Assembly: GCA_018662365.1 (NCBI GenBank)
Contig: JABJGH010000035.1
Span: forward strand, 23,040-87,039
Source of the DNA: Chloroflexota bacterium
GTDB taxonomy: Bacteria; Chloroflexota; Anaerolineae; Anaerolineales; UBA11579
Direction: 5' to 3'
DNA length: 64,000 bases
The translations under genes were made by a program, and so were the position numbers. This document shows, piece by piece, positions 18,300 to 28,196 of this stretch. Under the pieces are notes generated by a model. The model did not search any database, was not told the origin of the DNA, and saw only the letters and a list, made by a program, of their open reading frames with translations. The first letter of the stretch is position 1; each line of letters starts with the position of its first letter.

Positions 18300-19853
18300 T
18301 TAAGGTATTACCGTACTGGTTGCTGGTTCCGCAACCTGTCCAAACGGAGTTGATGTAGGGGTTGGGGTGGACAAGAAAAAGAGCTGTACCCAACCAGTTC
18401 TCCCGAAAGGTTCGACAACTTCGACCCAAACCCAGCCATCTAGGATCTCATATCCATACAACACAGTTAACTCAGTGCCTTCCGGCATATAGATTAGTGA
18501 TGGACCATCTGGAAATGCTCTTAGATATGTGCCATCTCCATAGGTTTTTGCGAGAATGGCCTGCGCCGGGGTGGGTGTCAATGTCGCTGTAGCAGTAAAT
18601 GTTGCTGTCGCTATCGGCGTAAAGGTTGCAATAGCTGTGCCTGTAGGGGTTATCGGCATCGGTGTATTCGACGGGATTGGGCTGGGGCCTAATGTAGCCG
18701 TTGGTGTATGAGTAGGGGGGTTTAAAGGATTCAATTGTGCTGCGATCACTTGATTCACCTTTAACTGCACAATCCTGTCTAATCTGGTAGCAAGTTCATT
18801 CTGGAGTTCAACACTATTAGGATGGGATAAGGCAGAGGTCACCTGCACGTCCACATCAATAACCAATATCGACTCCCCATCGATCTGATTTTCCCCCCAA
18901 CTCATATCAATTAATTCCGCGCCAATACTCTCAACTTCTTCTTTAACAACTTCATTGATTTGATAGGTAAAGGTTGCATCAACCACAAAATTATAACTAG
19001 TGATCGCCAAGGGGATCAAAAGAACCATTGTAAGACCAATGGATATCCAGAGACTTCCAGGAATCAGCCCGCTGCCTTCGCGTCGAGTGGGACTAAACCC
19101 CAAAATAAAGAATAGGAAAATTGAAGAAGCGGCAATTGTGACTGCGTTAGTGACGAATAACAAGAATGCACCCGCAGCCACGGACCAATCTCCCAACGCG
19201 ATCCCCACACCCACTGCACATAAGGGGGGCATCAAAGCGGTCGCAATTGCAACACCCGGCAATGCTGCCGAGAGCTGTGGCTGAGCCAATGCAAAGGTCG
19301 CTGCCAATCCACCCGCCAAAGCGACGCCTAAGTCGATCGGAGAAGGTTGAGTACGAACCAAAACTTCTTGCGGAATATCTTGCAACGAGACAAAAGGTAA
19401 AAGTGTGTTAACCCAGGTAATTATTGTGGACAATACGATTGCAAGCAAAGCGCCCTGAAGAAGAGCCTTTACCGCATCGGTCAATAAGGTTGTATCCCCA
19501 CGAATCGAGGCCAACCCGATCCCCAAAATGGGGGACATTAAGGGCGCAACCAACATGGCGCCGATGATCGTTGCAGGGGAATCGATTAATAGACCTAATG
19601 TTGCGATCGTGCAAGAAAGGAATACCAAAACGAAATAATCAAAATCTGGCTTAGATTCCTCTCTTAAGTCCACCTGAACTTTACTGCGCTCTTCTCGGCT
19701 AACAGCTGGTACAACTTTTCGTAAATAAAACTTCACCTTCACGCGTAGACGCTGTAAATAATACGATACAGTACCCCAAAACTCTTCCGGAATCTCTGGA
19801 GGGCCATTTTGAATATATTTATTATTTTCTGGCTTTGGGTCCATTTCTGACAT
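18300..19853 (-). CDS. DUF389 (TIGR00341-like) membrane protein with PT-rich linker and C-terminal SH3-like domain
   Basis: DUF389-type core (GAMLVAPLMSPILGIG...), a long Pro/Thr/Ala low-complexity linker, and a C-terminal YLRAFPDGPS...GWVWVEV segment resembling bacterial SH3. Confidence 0.75.
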   Translation of the reverse strand: MSEMDPKPENNKYIQNGPPEIPEEFWGTVSYYLQRLRVKVKFYLRKVVPAVSREERSKVQVDLREESKPDFDYFVLVFLSCTIATLGLLIDSPATIIGAMLVAPLMSPILGIGLASIRGDTTLLTDAVKALLQGALLAIVLSTIITWVNTLLPFVSLQDIPQEVLVRTQPSPIDLGVALAGGLAATFALAQPQLSAALPGVAIATALMPPLCAVGVGIALGDWSVAAGAFLLFVTNAVTIAASSIFLFFILGFSPTRREGSGLIPGSLWISIGLTMVLLIPLAITSYNFVVDATFTYQINEVVKEEVESIGAELIDMSWGENQIDGESILVIDVDVQVTSALSHPNSVELQNELATRLDRIVQLKVNQVIAAQLNPLNPPTHTPTATLGPSPIPSNTPMPITPTGTAIATFTPIATATFTATATLTPTPAQAILAKTYGDGTYLRAFPDGPSLIYMPEGTELTVLYGYEILDGWVWVEVVEPFGRTGWVQLFFLSTPTPTSTPFGQVAEPATSTVIP

Positions 19854-20078
19854 AAAGCTTTCTTCCTCAAAATTCGTCTTGTTTTATTTTACTTGTTTAT
19901 GGAGAAGAAGTAACTTATAGAACCTATCCAATCTACGCATATTTTTTCATTTTTTGCAGGGAATATATTTTGCGGAAGTGGTTTATGTATATTTTTTCAA
20001 TTTGGTATAATCCCTTGTATCAAAAAACACAATTTCCAGGCGAAGTGCAAGGTCAATTCCTCGCCTGAGGAGAAATGC

Positions 20079-20315
20079 ATGTCTTACGATCCCGAATATA
20101 AAACTAAAGAACAAGCGGAAATTTTAAAACGCTTACGCGAAAACCCCAGAGTCGGTCAAGTTCGGCTTGCTGCGCCTAAGGATTGCAATGTCGGGCAAAA
20201 CGCCCAGGGTGTCTTTGAAAAGGATGATGTTCCCGAACTGCCCGTGAGGGGATGCTCACGGCCGGGTGGGTGTATCTGCAATTATGAACCCGTTTTAGAT
20301 GATATTTTTCCATAG
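20079..20315 (+). CDS. Small hypothetical protein (78 aa, 4 Cys)
   Basis: GAGGAG RBS 6 nt upstream of the ATG, with an extended -10 (TGGTATAAT) about 75 nt upstream. No family recognised. Confidence 0.5.
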   Translation: MSYDPEYKTKEQAEILKRLRENPRVGQVRLAAPKDCNVGQNAQGVFEKDDVPELPVRGCSRPGGCICNYEPVLDDIFP

Positions 20316-20728
20316 AAAAAATTATAAAAGCGGATCTCTAAGCTTTCATTTTTATGCACTTTAATTAAACAAAATATATTTAGCAAAAATCATCAATTAG
20401 ACCAACTCTTATTTCTCAACTACCCCTTCATGGCAAAACAAAGGTTGAAATACATTAAGATCATGCTGCCATGTGTAATCTAAACGCAAAGATGTTACCT
20501 CGGTTTGAGAAGGGATGAAAATAGATTTACTACGCCTGATAATGACTTGGTTGGTACTTGGTTAATATCCAATATGAATATGTACTGTTTTGTCCTGATT
20601 TAACCGCATCCGCCCAGTTTTAGTAGGGTTTTTGGGAAAAATATTTATAAATCTTGCCTAATTTAAATAAAAAGATTTGGGGAGGGTAAAAACCCATACA
20701 GAGCATAATGACAAATTTCTAAGATTTA

Positions 20729-22402
20729 CTATTCATCCTTTCGGAAATCAATCCTTACCTTTTGTGAACAATTTTCCATCATCACAATTTTAATAAAAAC
20801 CTCAACTACCTCAGGGTCAAAATGCTTCCCGGATTGTTCCTTTATATGGTCAAGGGTCATTTCGTCTGTCCAGGCTTCCCGATAGGGTCTGTCAGAACGT
20901 AAAGCATCCCAAACATCTACAATTGCAAAGCAGCGTGCAGCTATTGGAATTTTTTTTCCCGCCAAACCTCGAGGATATCCAGTCCCATCCCATTTTTCAT
21001 GGTGGCAATAAGGGATATCTAAGGCAGGCCCCAAATATGATATCGGTGACAACAGATTATAAGCGACTTCTGGATGCTTTTTCATAATCTCCCATTCTTC
21101 ATCGTTGAGCGGCCCCTTTTTTTTGAGGATGCTATCAGGCACTGCCATTTTCCCGATATCATGCAATAATGCGCCACGGTAAACATGCACCATTTTGTCT
21201 TTGGGAATATTCATCTCTTTTGCAACTTGCATTGCAATATCAGTGACCCGACGAGTATGACCCTTTGTTTCTTCATCTCTTAGATCCAAATTGTTAACCC
21301 AGCCTTCCAAAGTAGCTTGATAAGCCACCTCCACCTCTATTTTTGCCTGTCGAAGATCATTGAATAAATTAGCATTATCTATTGCCATGGCAGCTTGCCC
21401 TGCTAACATTTCCAAATAAAGCAAGGAATCATGGTCCGGGGCAAAAAGCTTGCGATGAAAAATTGCCATAGCCCCCAAGATTTGATCCTTTACAATTAGA
21501 GGTGTTGCATAACAAGAAATAAATCCCTCGCCATCTAAATTGACCAAATAATCAGCAACAGGATCTGAGTCGATTGAGCGATGAAAGTTTGTCACCTTTC
21601 TTTCAAGAACTGCACGCCCAATTAAACCTTCTCCAACCCGGTAGTTGATTGATTTAATATTATTTTCTGAACGAAAACCCTTTGAAGATTGGTACTCCAA
21701 ATTATGGGAATCATTGAATATAAAAATAGCAGAAGCATCAAAACCAATTCGCTTGAAAACCTGATTCAAAACAATTTCAAGGGTCATATTAATATCTAAG
21801 CTGCTAATAACGGCGCGGTCAATTTCACGAAGAGATTCCAATCTTTCTACGGAAAGTGCAAGTTCTTGAGTCCTTTCGTTTACCAGAACTTCAAGCGAAC
21901 AGTTAAGATCATTTAGTTTTGTTTCTACATTCCTGCGTTCTCGGATAATATTTTCCAAGCTTTGAACTTTTTTTTCTTCAACTTGTCTAACTTTTTCTTC
22001 TTCTGGCAACCATCGTCGAATCAAAAGGATGATTACAATCACTGCTGCACCAACATTTAATAGTTTGGGGATAATTATAATTTCTGGACGAATTAAAAAA
22101 TTATGAATTTCAATTGGAAGCAAACCTGATAAAGATGTATACCAAGCACCGAAATAAATACTTTCAAACAATGTTCGCAGAGCATCAATTGCTAAAACTG
22201 TTATAAGAATAAAATATAGTCGGTTTTCTACCCGCTTCTGCCGGGACCGTTGAATATAAAAAACTAAGATATAGGACCACAATAAAATCAACACCCAATA
22301 AGTTATTGGGGTCAACAGAGAAAAGATACTTATTTTGACCTTCCTAAGAGAAATATAACCATGCTTGATTTTATTAAAATTGTTAACGAGAACCTGCCCC
22401 AA
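20729..22402 (-). CDS. Membrane-anchored GAF-HD-GYP domain protein (putative c-di-GMP phosphodiesterase)
   Basis: N-terminal TM helices, a coiled coil and a GAF-like region. HD-GYP signature: HDIGK ... HHEKWDGTGYPRGL. The start codon is uncertain. Confidence 0.9.
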   Translation of the reverse strand: MGQVLVNNFNKIKHGYISLRKVKISIFSLLTPITYWVLILLWSYILVFYIQRSRQKRVENRLYFILITVLAIDALRTLFESIYFGAWYTSLSGLLPIEIHNFLIRPEIIIIPKLLNVGAAVIVIILLIRRWLPEEEKVRQVEEKKVQSLENIIRERRNVETKLNDLNCSLEVLVNERTQELALSVERLESLREIDRAVISSLDINMTLEIVLNQVFKRIGFDASAIFIFNDSHNLEYQSSKGFRSENNIKSINYRVGEGLIGRAVLERKVTNFHRSIDSDPVADYLVNLDGEGFISCYATPLIVKDQILGAMAIFHRKLFAPDHDSLLYLEMLAGQAAMAIDNANLFNDLRQAKIEVEVAYQATLEGWVNNLDLRDEETKGHTRRVTDIAMQVAKEMNIPKDKMVHVYRGALLHDIGKMAVPDSILKKKGPLNDEEWEIMKKHPEVAYNLLSPISYLGPALDIPYCHHEKWDGTGYPRGLAGKKIPIAARCFAIVDVWDALRSDRPYREAWTDEMTLDHIKEQSGKHFDPEVVEVFIKIVMMENCSQKVRIDFRKDE

Positions 22403-22641
22403 ATTATAATAAGCTGATTATGAACAAGGTTATGAACGAAAATGGGTTAATTTGATGAAGCTCTCTATTTTTACTTGTTTTTCTTACTAAATAATTCTGT
22501 AAAAAGAGCACAGTAATTCAAGTAAAACTAAAATGGACACCCAAAATAACAAGTTTTTTAAGAACCAAGAAAATTCCTTCTTGCGATATAAAAACTTCTG
22601 GTTTCAAATGCCCAGAGGATATTATTGATTAATTAGATACT

Positions 22642-23874
22642 TTACTCAAACTTAAATCTCCAAACTGCCAATCCAAAGAATATCGCCGCAAAAATAAGCA
22701 GCATTCCTGCAGGCAGCCAGGTAGCTTCCAAGCCCTGCCCGCGAATCAAAATATTTTTCAAGCCATCCATCCCCCATGCCACTGGGGTGAAATGTCCCAC
22801 AGTTTGCACAGTCTCACTCGTAAATTCTAGGGGCATCCATGCGCCACCCAACCCAGAGAGAACGAACATGGGGATTAAGGAATAAACCACCGCATTCTCA
22901 GGGGTTTTCGATAATGCACCCACCAATAAGCCTAGAGCGGCTACGCTCAAGGAAATTGTGAAAGCCATCAACAATGAAGCCAATGGGGCATTAAGATAGC
23001 CTAATTTGAGAACAAACTGCCCAAAGATCATTAAGATCATAATCTGGGTAAAGATCATCGTGAACATTGAAAGGAAATGTCCCAAAAGAATTTCAATCCG
23101 CGAAATCGATGTAGTCAATAATCTTTGCATTGATTTCGTTTTTCTTTCATTGACAATGATTTCTGCAGCACCAATCAGACCAGCAATTGCAAATTGGATC
23201 ATCATCCCAGGGGACGAATGAGCATATGGATTTTCCCCAAAGGGGTCTTCCTTCTCTTCTGCCTGGTCCTGACCAGTAAAAGTATTCACCGTTGTTACAG
23301 CGGGTGCCGCCCAGGCCAAGAAAGCTTTATCAAAAGACTTGTTATAAAAAACCATTTCAGCCTCATCATTTTCAAAGGAAGATTGATCCTGAAATACAGC
23401 AACGCTTAATTGAGCTGTCCGTGCAGATCGGAGTAATCGATTACTGATGTTGCTCACGCTATATTCGATTGAAAACCCGTTCGAATTACTCGGATCCATA
23501 ATTAGGGTTAAGGATAGCGGACTTCCATTTCTTACTTGCTCTCCATATCCTTCTGGGATAATTAATCCACCCTCTAAGTCACCATCGGCAACCTGTTCAC
23601 TTAGGCCTTGGTGGGTTAAGCTGTCTTCATCAACCAATCTAAAGACATCCGATTCCTCCAATGCCGCTAACAGAGTGCTAGTATAACCATCGCTATCCTC
23701 CACCAAGATACCGACTGGAAGACGAATATCTTCGGCATCGCTACTTCCGGTGCCCCCAAATATAAAACCAAAAAGGAAAGTAAAGGCGATCGGCATAATG
23801 AGCGAAAACAAGAACGTGCTTTTTTCTCTCAGAAGCTGGGTCAAGTCTTTTATAGCTAAATTTATTATTCGCAT
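22642..23874 (-). CDS. ABC-2 type transporter permease
   Basis: N-terminal TM helix, large extracytoplasmic loop and a C-terminal 5-TM ABC-2 core. Start set at the ATG at 23874 (MRIINLAIKDL), parallel to the paralog's N-terminus. The longer ORF overlaps the upstream gene. Confidence 0.8.
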   Translation of the reverse strand: MRIINLAIKDLTQLLREKSTFLFSLIMPIAFTFLFGFIFGGTGSSDAEDIRLPVGILVEDSDGYTSTLLAALEESDVFRLVDEDSLTHQGLSEQVADGDLEGGLIIPEGYGEQVRNGSPLSLTLIMDPSNSNGFSIEYSVSNISNRLLRSARTAQLSVAVFQDQSSFENDEAEMVFYNKSFDKAFLAWAAPAVTTVNTFTGQDQAEEKEDPFGENPYAHSSPGMMIQFAIAGLIGAAEIIVNERKTKSMQRLLTTSISRIEILLGHFLSMFTMIFTQIMILMIFGQFVLKLGYLNAPLASLLMAFTISLSVAALGLLVGALSKTPENAVVYSLIPMFVLSGLGGAWMPLEFTSETVQTVGHFTPVAWGMDGLKNILIRGQGLEATWLPAGMLLIFAAIFFGLAVWRFKFE

Positions 23875-23884
23875 GCTGTTGCTC

Positions 23885-25138
23885 CTAAGCATATCGCCGA
23901 GTAAAACGACGATTGCCAATCAAGAAAAATGCAAGGCTCCAGAGAAGCAAGACGCCTATGGTTAGAAATAATTGTTGATTGGATCCACCTTCCATCACTG
24001 TTTGAATTGCTTCCAAGGCCCAGCCCTGCGGCACAAACCTAGAAATATAATTAACCGCTTGGGGAGGATCAGGAATGCTCAATGTGAAAACCTTTGCCAT
24101 ACCGATCATTCCAGTAACCGTTACACCCGCACCAAGTGCCACACCAGCTTGTTTACTGTTTTTAAGCAGGGAGATCAGAAAGATTCCAAAACTAGCAGCT
24201 GTAATAGTGATACTCACGACCACCAAGGAAAGCTTCACCAACGGCCCCCAACTAAAATCAAAGACCAATGCGCCAAAAATCAACAAGACGGTCATTTGGA
24301 TCAATACTGTTAAAAAGCTTGCCAAGAATTTCCCTGCCAAAATTGTTCTTTGCGGTGTCGGGGTAGTGAAAAGCCTTGGCAGGGTCCCCTTTTCCTCTTC
24401 CGTTAATACCGACTGAACTGTGGATGCTCCGGTGTAGAAGGCATAAAAGAGCATCATCGCCACCATGATCATTTGTATGAAACCCGCAATTTGACTACTC
24501 TCTTGGCTTTCACCCGAAGTATTTTCTACACTAACAGTTTGGAATTCCCCATGCAATTCTGCGTTTTTTAGTCGGTATTCTTCGACGATTAATCCAATTT
24601 TTTCCTGATCTGCCAGCAACCCAGAAATAGATAGCTGTTCGATCACTACCTGATTATTAATATTGTTCTCAATAAAACCATCCAGGCTTGAATTGACGAT
24701 ATTAGTAACCAGATCAGGCCCTAAGGTTAGGGTTGGGTCACTATAAATTTCAACTTCTGCGGGGTCACCAGAACCCAGCAGGGCTGTGGTGAAATCCTTG
24801 GGGATGATTACTGCCACATTTGCCGTTTGTTCATCTACGGCCAAACGGGCATCTTCCGCATCCTTGTTCAATTTCACATTTAGCAAATCCGCTAAACTCT
24901 CACCCTGAAGTATTTCGGTTAAAACATTGCCTAATCCAATCTCACTCTGATCCAAATTAACTGCTTGAACAGCCACGATCGGCATCGTAAAAGCTTCGTC
25001 TGAATCTCCTGTGCCACCAAAAAGAAAAACGAACATGGTCGTCATCAGTATTGGCACCCCAAACATAAACACCAAAGCCGAAACGTTCCGAAAAGACTGC
25101 TTCAGATCTTTTATCGCAATATCAAATGCTTTCATCAT
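23885..25138 (-). CDS. ABC-2 type transporter permease (paralog)
   Basis: Same architecture as 22642..23874, with N-terminus MMKAFDIAIKDLKQSFRN. Confidence 0.8.
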   Translation of the reverse strand: MMKAFDIAIKDLKQSFRNVSALVFMFGVPILMTTMFVFLFGGTGDSDEAFTMPIVAVQAVNLDQSEIGLGNVLTEILQGESLADLLNVKLNKDAEDARLAVDEQTANVAVIIPKDFTTALLGSGDPAEVEIYSDPTLTLGPDLVTNIVNSSLDGFIENNINNQVVIEQLSISGLLADQEKIGLIVEEYRLKNAELHGEFQTVSVENTSGESQESSQIAGFIQMIMVAMMLFYAFYTGASTVQSVLTEEEKGTLPRLFTTPTPQRTILAGKFLASFLTVLIQMTVLLIFGALVFDFSWGPLVKLSLVVVSITITAASFGIFLISLLKNSKQAGVALGAGVTVTGMIGMAKVFTLSIPDPPQAVNYISRFVPQGWALEAIQTVMEGGSNQQLFLTIGVLLLWSLAFFLIGNRRFTRRYA

Positions 25139-25142
25139 TATC

Positions 25143-26087
25143 TCAGTCCCTTAATGCCCGACCCGTAAGGTGCAGGAACACGGTTTCGAGGTTGGGTTCA
25201 AAAATTTCTACAGATGTGATCCGACTATCCATTTGGTTGGCAGTTTCAAAAATACTCGGTAGCACCTTGTTACTGTCTTTCACCAGTAGGGTGATCGAGC
25301 CATTCTCACTCGTGATCTCAGTAATGCCCGCTAATTTTTTCCATGCGTCGATCAAATTGCTTCCATTTTGGTTGACGGTCAGTTCAATCTTATCCAGTTC
25401 ACCTACGATCTGAACCAATTCATTATGAGTGCCCGAAGCAATGATCTTTCCATGATCCATAATCGCAAGATGGTCTGAAAGCTCTTGAGCCTCTTCCATA
25501 TAATGGGTGGTGTAAAGCACGGTCATCCCGGCGGCATTCAATTCTTTCACACTATCCAATATATTCCGCCTACTTTGGGGGTCTATCCCGACAGTGGGCT
25601 CATCCATGATCACCACCGCGGGTTTATGCAATAAAGCCACTCCAATATTGATCCGTCTTTTCATCCCCCCAGAATAGGTATCAATTCTGTGTTTTTGGCG
25701 ATCTGCCAAACCCACAATATCCAAAATCTCATCAACCCTTTGGTTTAGCGCTTTTCCACTGAGATCATACATCTTCCCCCAAAAGACCAGGTTCTCTCTT
25801 GCGCTCAAGTCTTCATATAAAGCAATATCCTGCGGCACCACCCCGATCGCAGCTTTGGCTTGAGCCGCCTCATTCCGAATCGAATGACCCATGATGCTTG
25901 CATCCCCGCTATCTGCGCGCAATAAACCAGATAACATCGAGATCGTTGTGCTTTTCCCAGCCCCATTGGGTCCCAACAAACTGAAAATCTCCCCTTTCTC
26001 GATTTCAAAGCTGACATCCTTTACGGCATGCACATCGCCAAAATCTTTATCCAGGTTTTTTGCTTCAATTGCCAAATGTTCTTTCAT
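25143..26087 (-). CDS. ABC transporter ATP-binding protein
   Basis: Walker A GPNGAGKST, signature YSGGMKRR, Walker B VVIMDEPT and the H-loop. Confidence 0.95.
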   Translation of the reverse strand: MKEHLAIEAKNLDKDFGDVHAVKDVSFEIEKGEIFSLLGPNGAGKSTTISMLSGLLRADSGDASIMGHSIRNEAAQAKAAIGVVPQDIALYEDLSARENLVFWGKMYDLSGKALNQRVDEILDIVGLADRQKHRIDTYSGGMKRRINIGVALLHKPAVVIMDEPTVGIDPQSRRNILDSVKELNAAGMTVLYTTHYMEEAQELSDHLAIMDHGKIIASGTHNELVQIVGELDKIELTVNQNGSNLIDAWKKLAGITEITSENGSITLLVKDSNKVLPSIFETANQMDSRITSVEIFEPNLETVFLHLTGRALRD

Positions 26088-26276
26088 TAGAACTTCTCCA
26101 ATTTTTTATAATCCTCTTCTTTCTATACGATTTTCCGAAGATTTTGTTTTTTATTGATAAAAGTATAGATGGGAAAACCTGTTCTGCCATCGGCCTTTTA
26201 GTTTTCCAGAACTGTACCTGCGTACACTGTACCCTCGTACACTATCTAGTTTTGAATCCCCGTGTAAAATATAACC

Positions 26277-27521
26277 ATGATCAAAAAGATTCTTTATGTA
26301 TTCTACCCTCAGGATCCCGAAGAACAGGCTGCTTTTAAAGAAACTTTGCCCTTCTTCCTCTTTGCAATTACTGTTTTAGGCTGGCTCTATTTTGAAACAA
26401 TGCGCAGCTCGAATGCATTATCCGAACCTCTCAGGGGAATACTTTTTACTATTCTATATATTATTCACTTAGCCCTCTATTGGACGATCTTCCATTTTAT
26501 AAAATTTGATAAGGGTAGATTTTTCTACATTATTTTTCAAGGAAGCCTTTCATTTGTTTTGGTCTGGATCAGTGGAAGTTTTCCATTAGCAATCGGTTTA
26601 TATTGTGCCCTGATCGGTAACATCGTCGGTATGTTTGGTAGATCAAAACAATCCCTGATCGGGATAAGCTTTTATTTATCACTTTTATTACTTAATTTCT
26701 TTTTACTAAGCGAATTTTCCGTTTTCCAGCAATGGCTTTCATTTTTCGTGCCCGCCGGCAGTTTTGCTGCATTCTTTGCCTATTTTTTAGGGAAGCAAAT
26801 GGAGGGCCGGGAAAAAGATCGTAGCTTATTAAAAGAGTTAGAAGTTGCTCATAAACAATTAGAAGAATATTCGAATGAAGTAGAAAGTCTTACACTTTCT
26901 AACGAGCGGCAACGCATGGCTCGTGAATTACATGACACCCTGGCCCAAGGTTTGGCCGGGCTAATCCTTCAACTTGAAGCCGCCGACCACCATATTGAGA
27001 CAGGCAATATGGAAAAAAGTAAAGAGATCGTCCAGCAAGCGATGACCCGCGCCCGAGTTACATTGGTCGATGCCCGCAAGGCCATTGACGATTTGCGTGT
27101 AGAAATGACTGACCTGGAAGCATTTTGCGATGCGGTCTCAAAAGACGTGGACCGTTTCAAAAATGCCACTGGCATTCCCTGCCAACTCAACATTCATCTC
27201 TCTGAATTCTTTGAGGAAGAAAAGGCCGAACAGCTCTATCGGGCGATTTCCGAAAGTCTCACAAATATTGCCCGCCATGCTCGGGCGAGTGCGGTGATGG
27301 TTTCGATTGATGAAAAAGCCGGCCAAATAGAAGCAGTTGTTTCAGATAATGGCATCGGTTTTGATTATGAAAAAGAACATGCTCAGTTGGGCCATTATGG
27401 TCTTCTGGGTATTAAAGAACGTGTAAGGTTAGCAGGTGGGAAATTGGATATCAACAGCCAACCAGGATTGGGCACTAAGATTAGCATTTCCATTCCAATG
27501 GGAGAAAAAGTCAATGCCTGA
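26277..27521 (+). CDS. Sensor histidine kinase, HisKA_3 (NarX/LiaS/DesK-like) with polytopic membrane N-terminus
   Basis: ERQRMARELHDTLAQGL H-box and an HATPase_c domain with N, G1 and G2 boxes (NIARHA, DNGIGF, GLLGIKER). Confidence 0.9.
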   Translation: MIKKILYVFYPQDPEEQAAFKETLPFFLFAITVLGWLYFETMRSSNALSEPLRGILFTILYIIHLALYWTIFHFIKFDKGRFFYIIFQGSLSFVLVWISGSFPLAIGLYCALIGNIVGMFGRSKQSLIGISFYLSLLLLNFFLLSEFSVFQQWLSFFVPAGSFAAFFAYFLGKQMEGREKDRSLLKELEVAHKQLEEYSNEVESLTLSNERQRMARELHDTLAQGLAGLILQLEAADHHIETGNMEKSKEIVQQAMTRARVTLVDARKAIDDLRVEMTDLEAFCDAVSKDVDRFKNATGIPCQLNIHLSEFFEEEKAEQLYRAISESLTNIARHARASAVMVSIDEKAGQIEAVVSDNGIGFDYEKEHAQLGHYGLLGIKERVRLAGGKLDINSQPGLGTKISISIPMGEKVNA

Positions 27522-28161
27522 CCCAATCCGCATATTGATCGTAGACGACCATGCCATTGTGCGGGAGGGTCTCCGATTGATCTTTGAGACCGTGGAAGAT
27601 ATTGAAGTCGTGGGGGAAGCTGCAGATGGCGCCGAGGGCTTAGCCTTGGTGGACAGCCTAAATCCGGATGTGGTTTTAATGGATCTCCGCATGCCCGGCA
27701 TGGATGGGCTCACTGCCATTCAACATTTACACAAAGACCATCCCAATCTAGCGGTCATTATTTTGAGCACCTATAACGAAGATGAGATGATGCTCAAAGG
27801 CTTGAAAGCTGGGGCAAGGGGCTATTTACTCAAAGATACGGAACGTGAACCGCTATTCAATACTATCCGCGCCGCCGCCAGAGGGGAAACCTTGCTTAGC
27901 CCAGAGATTATGGGGCGCGTAATCTCCCAGGCAGGGAAAGTTTCTCAGCTCAAAAATTCATCAGAAGATATCTCCCTGACCGAAAGGGAAATGGAAGTTT
28001 TAACCGGGGTATCCGAAGGCAAAACCAGCAAAGAGATCGCCTATACATTAGGCATCACCGAGCGCACCATCAAAGCCCACCTCACCAGCATCTACCAAAA
28101 ATTAGGGGTCGACTCTCGTGCCGCTGCCATCGCTGAGTCTGCAAAACGGGGTTGGTTGTAG
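27514..28161 (+). CDS. NarL/LuxR family response regulator
   Basis: REC domain (ILIVDDH ... DLRMPGMDG) plus a C-terminal LuxR HTH (LTEREMEVL...GKTSKEIA). The ATG at 27514 overlaps the kinase stop by 8 nt. Confidence 0.95.
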   Translation: MPDPIRILIVDDHAIVREGLRLIFETVEDIEVVGEAADGAEGLALVDSLNPDVVLMDLRMPGMDGLTAIQHLHKDHPNLAVIILSTYNEDEMMLKGLKAGARGYLLKDTEREPLFNTIRAAARGETLLSPEIMGRVISQAGKVSQLKNSSEDISLTEREMEVLTGVSEGKTSKEIAYTLGITERTIKAHLTSIYQKLGVDSRAAAIAESAKRGWL

Positions 28162-28196
28162 TTTTTCCAGATCATAAATTAAATAATTGCCCCCCA

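Noticed and set aside
18169-18429. An 86-aa minus-strand ORF between clpC-1 and the DUF389 gene
   Set aside because: It overlaps the 3' end of the DUF389 gene and the clpC leader, and has no RBS or motif.
20316-20728. An unusually long (413 bp) noncoding gap between convergent genes, inspected for an sRNA, riboswitch or terminator
   Set aside because: There are only weak short inverted repeats (for example AAATCTT...AAGATTT). Nothing here can be supported as a structured RNA from sequence alone.
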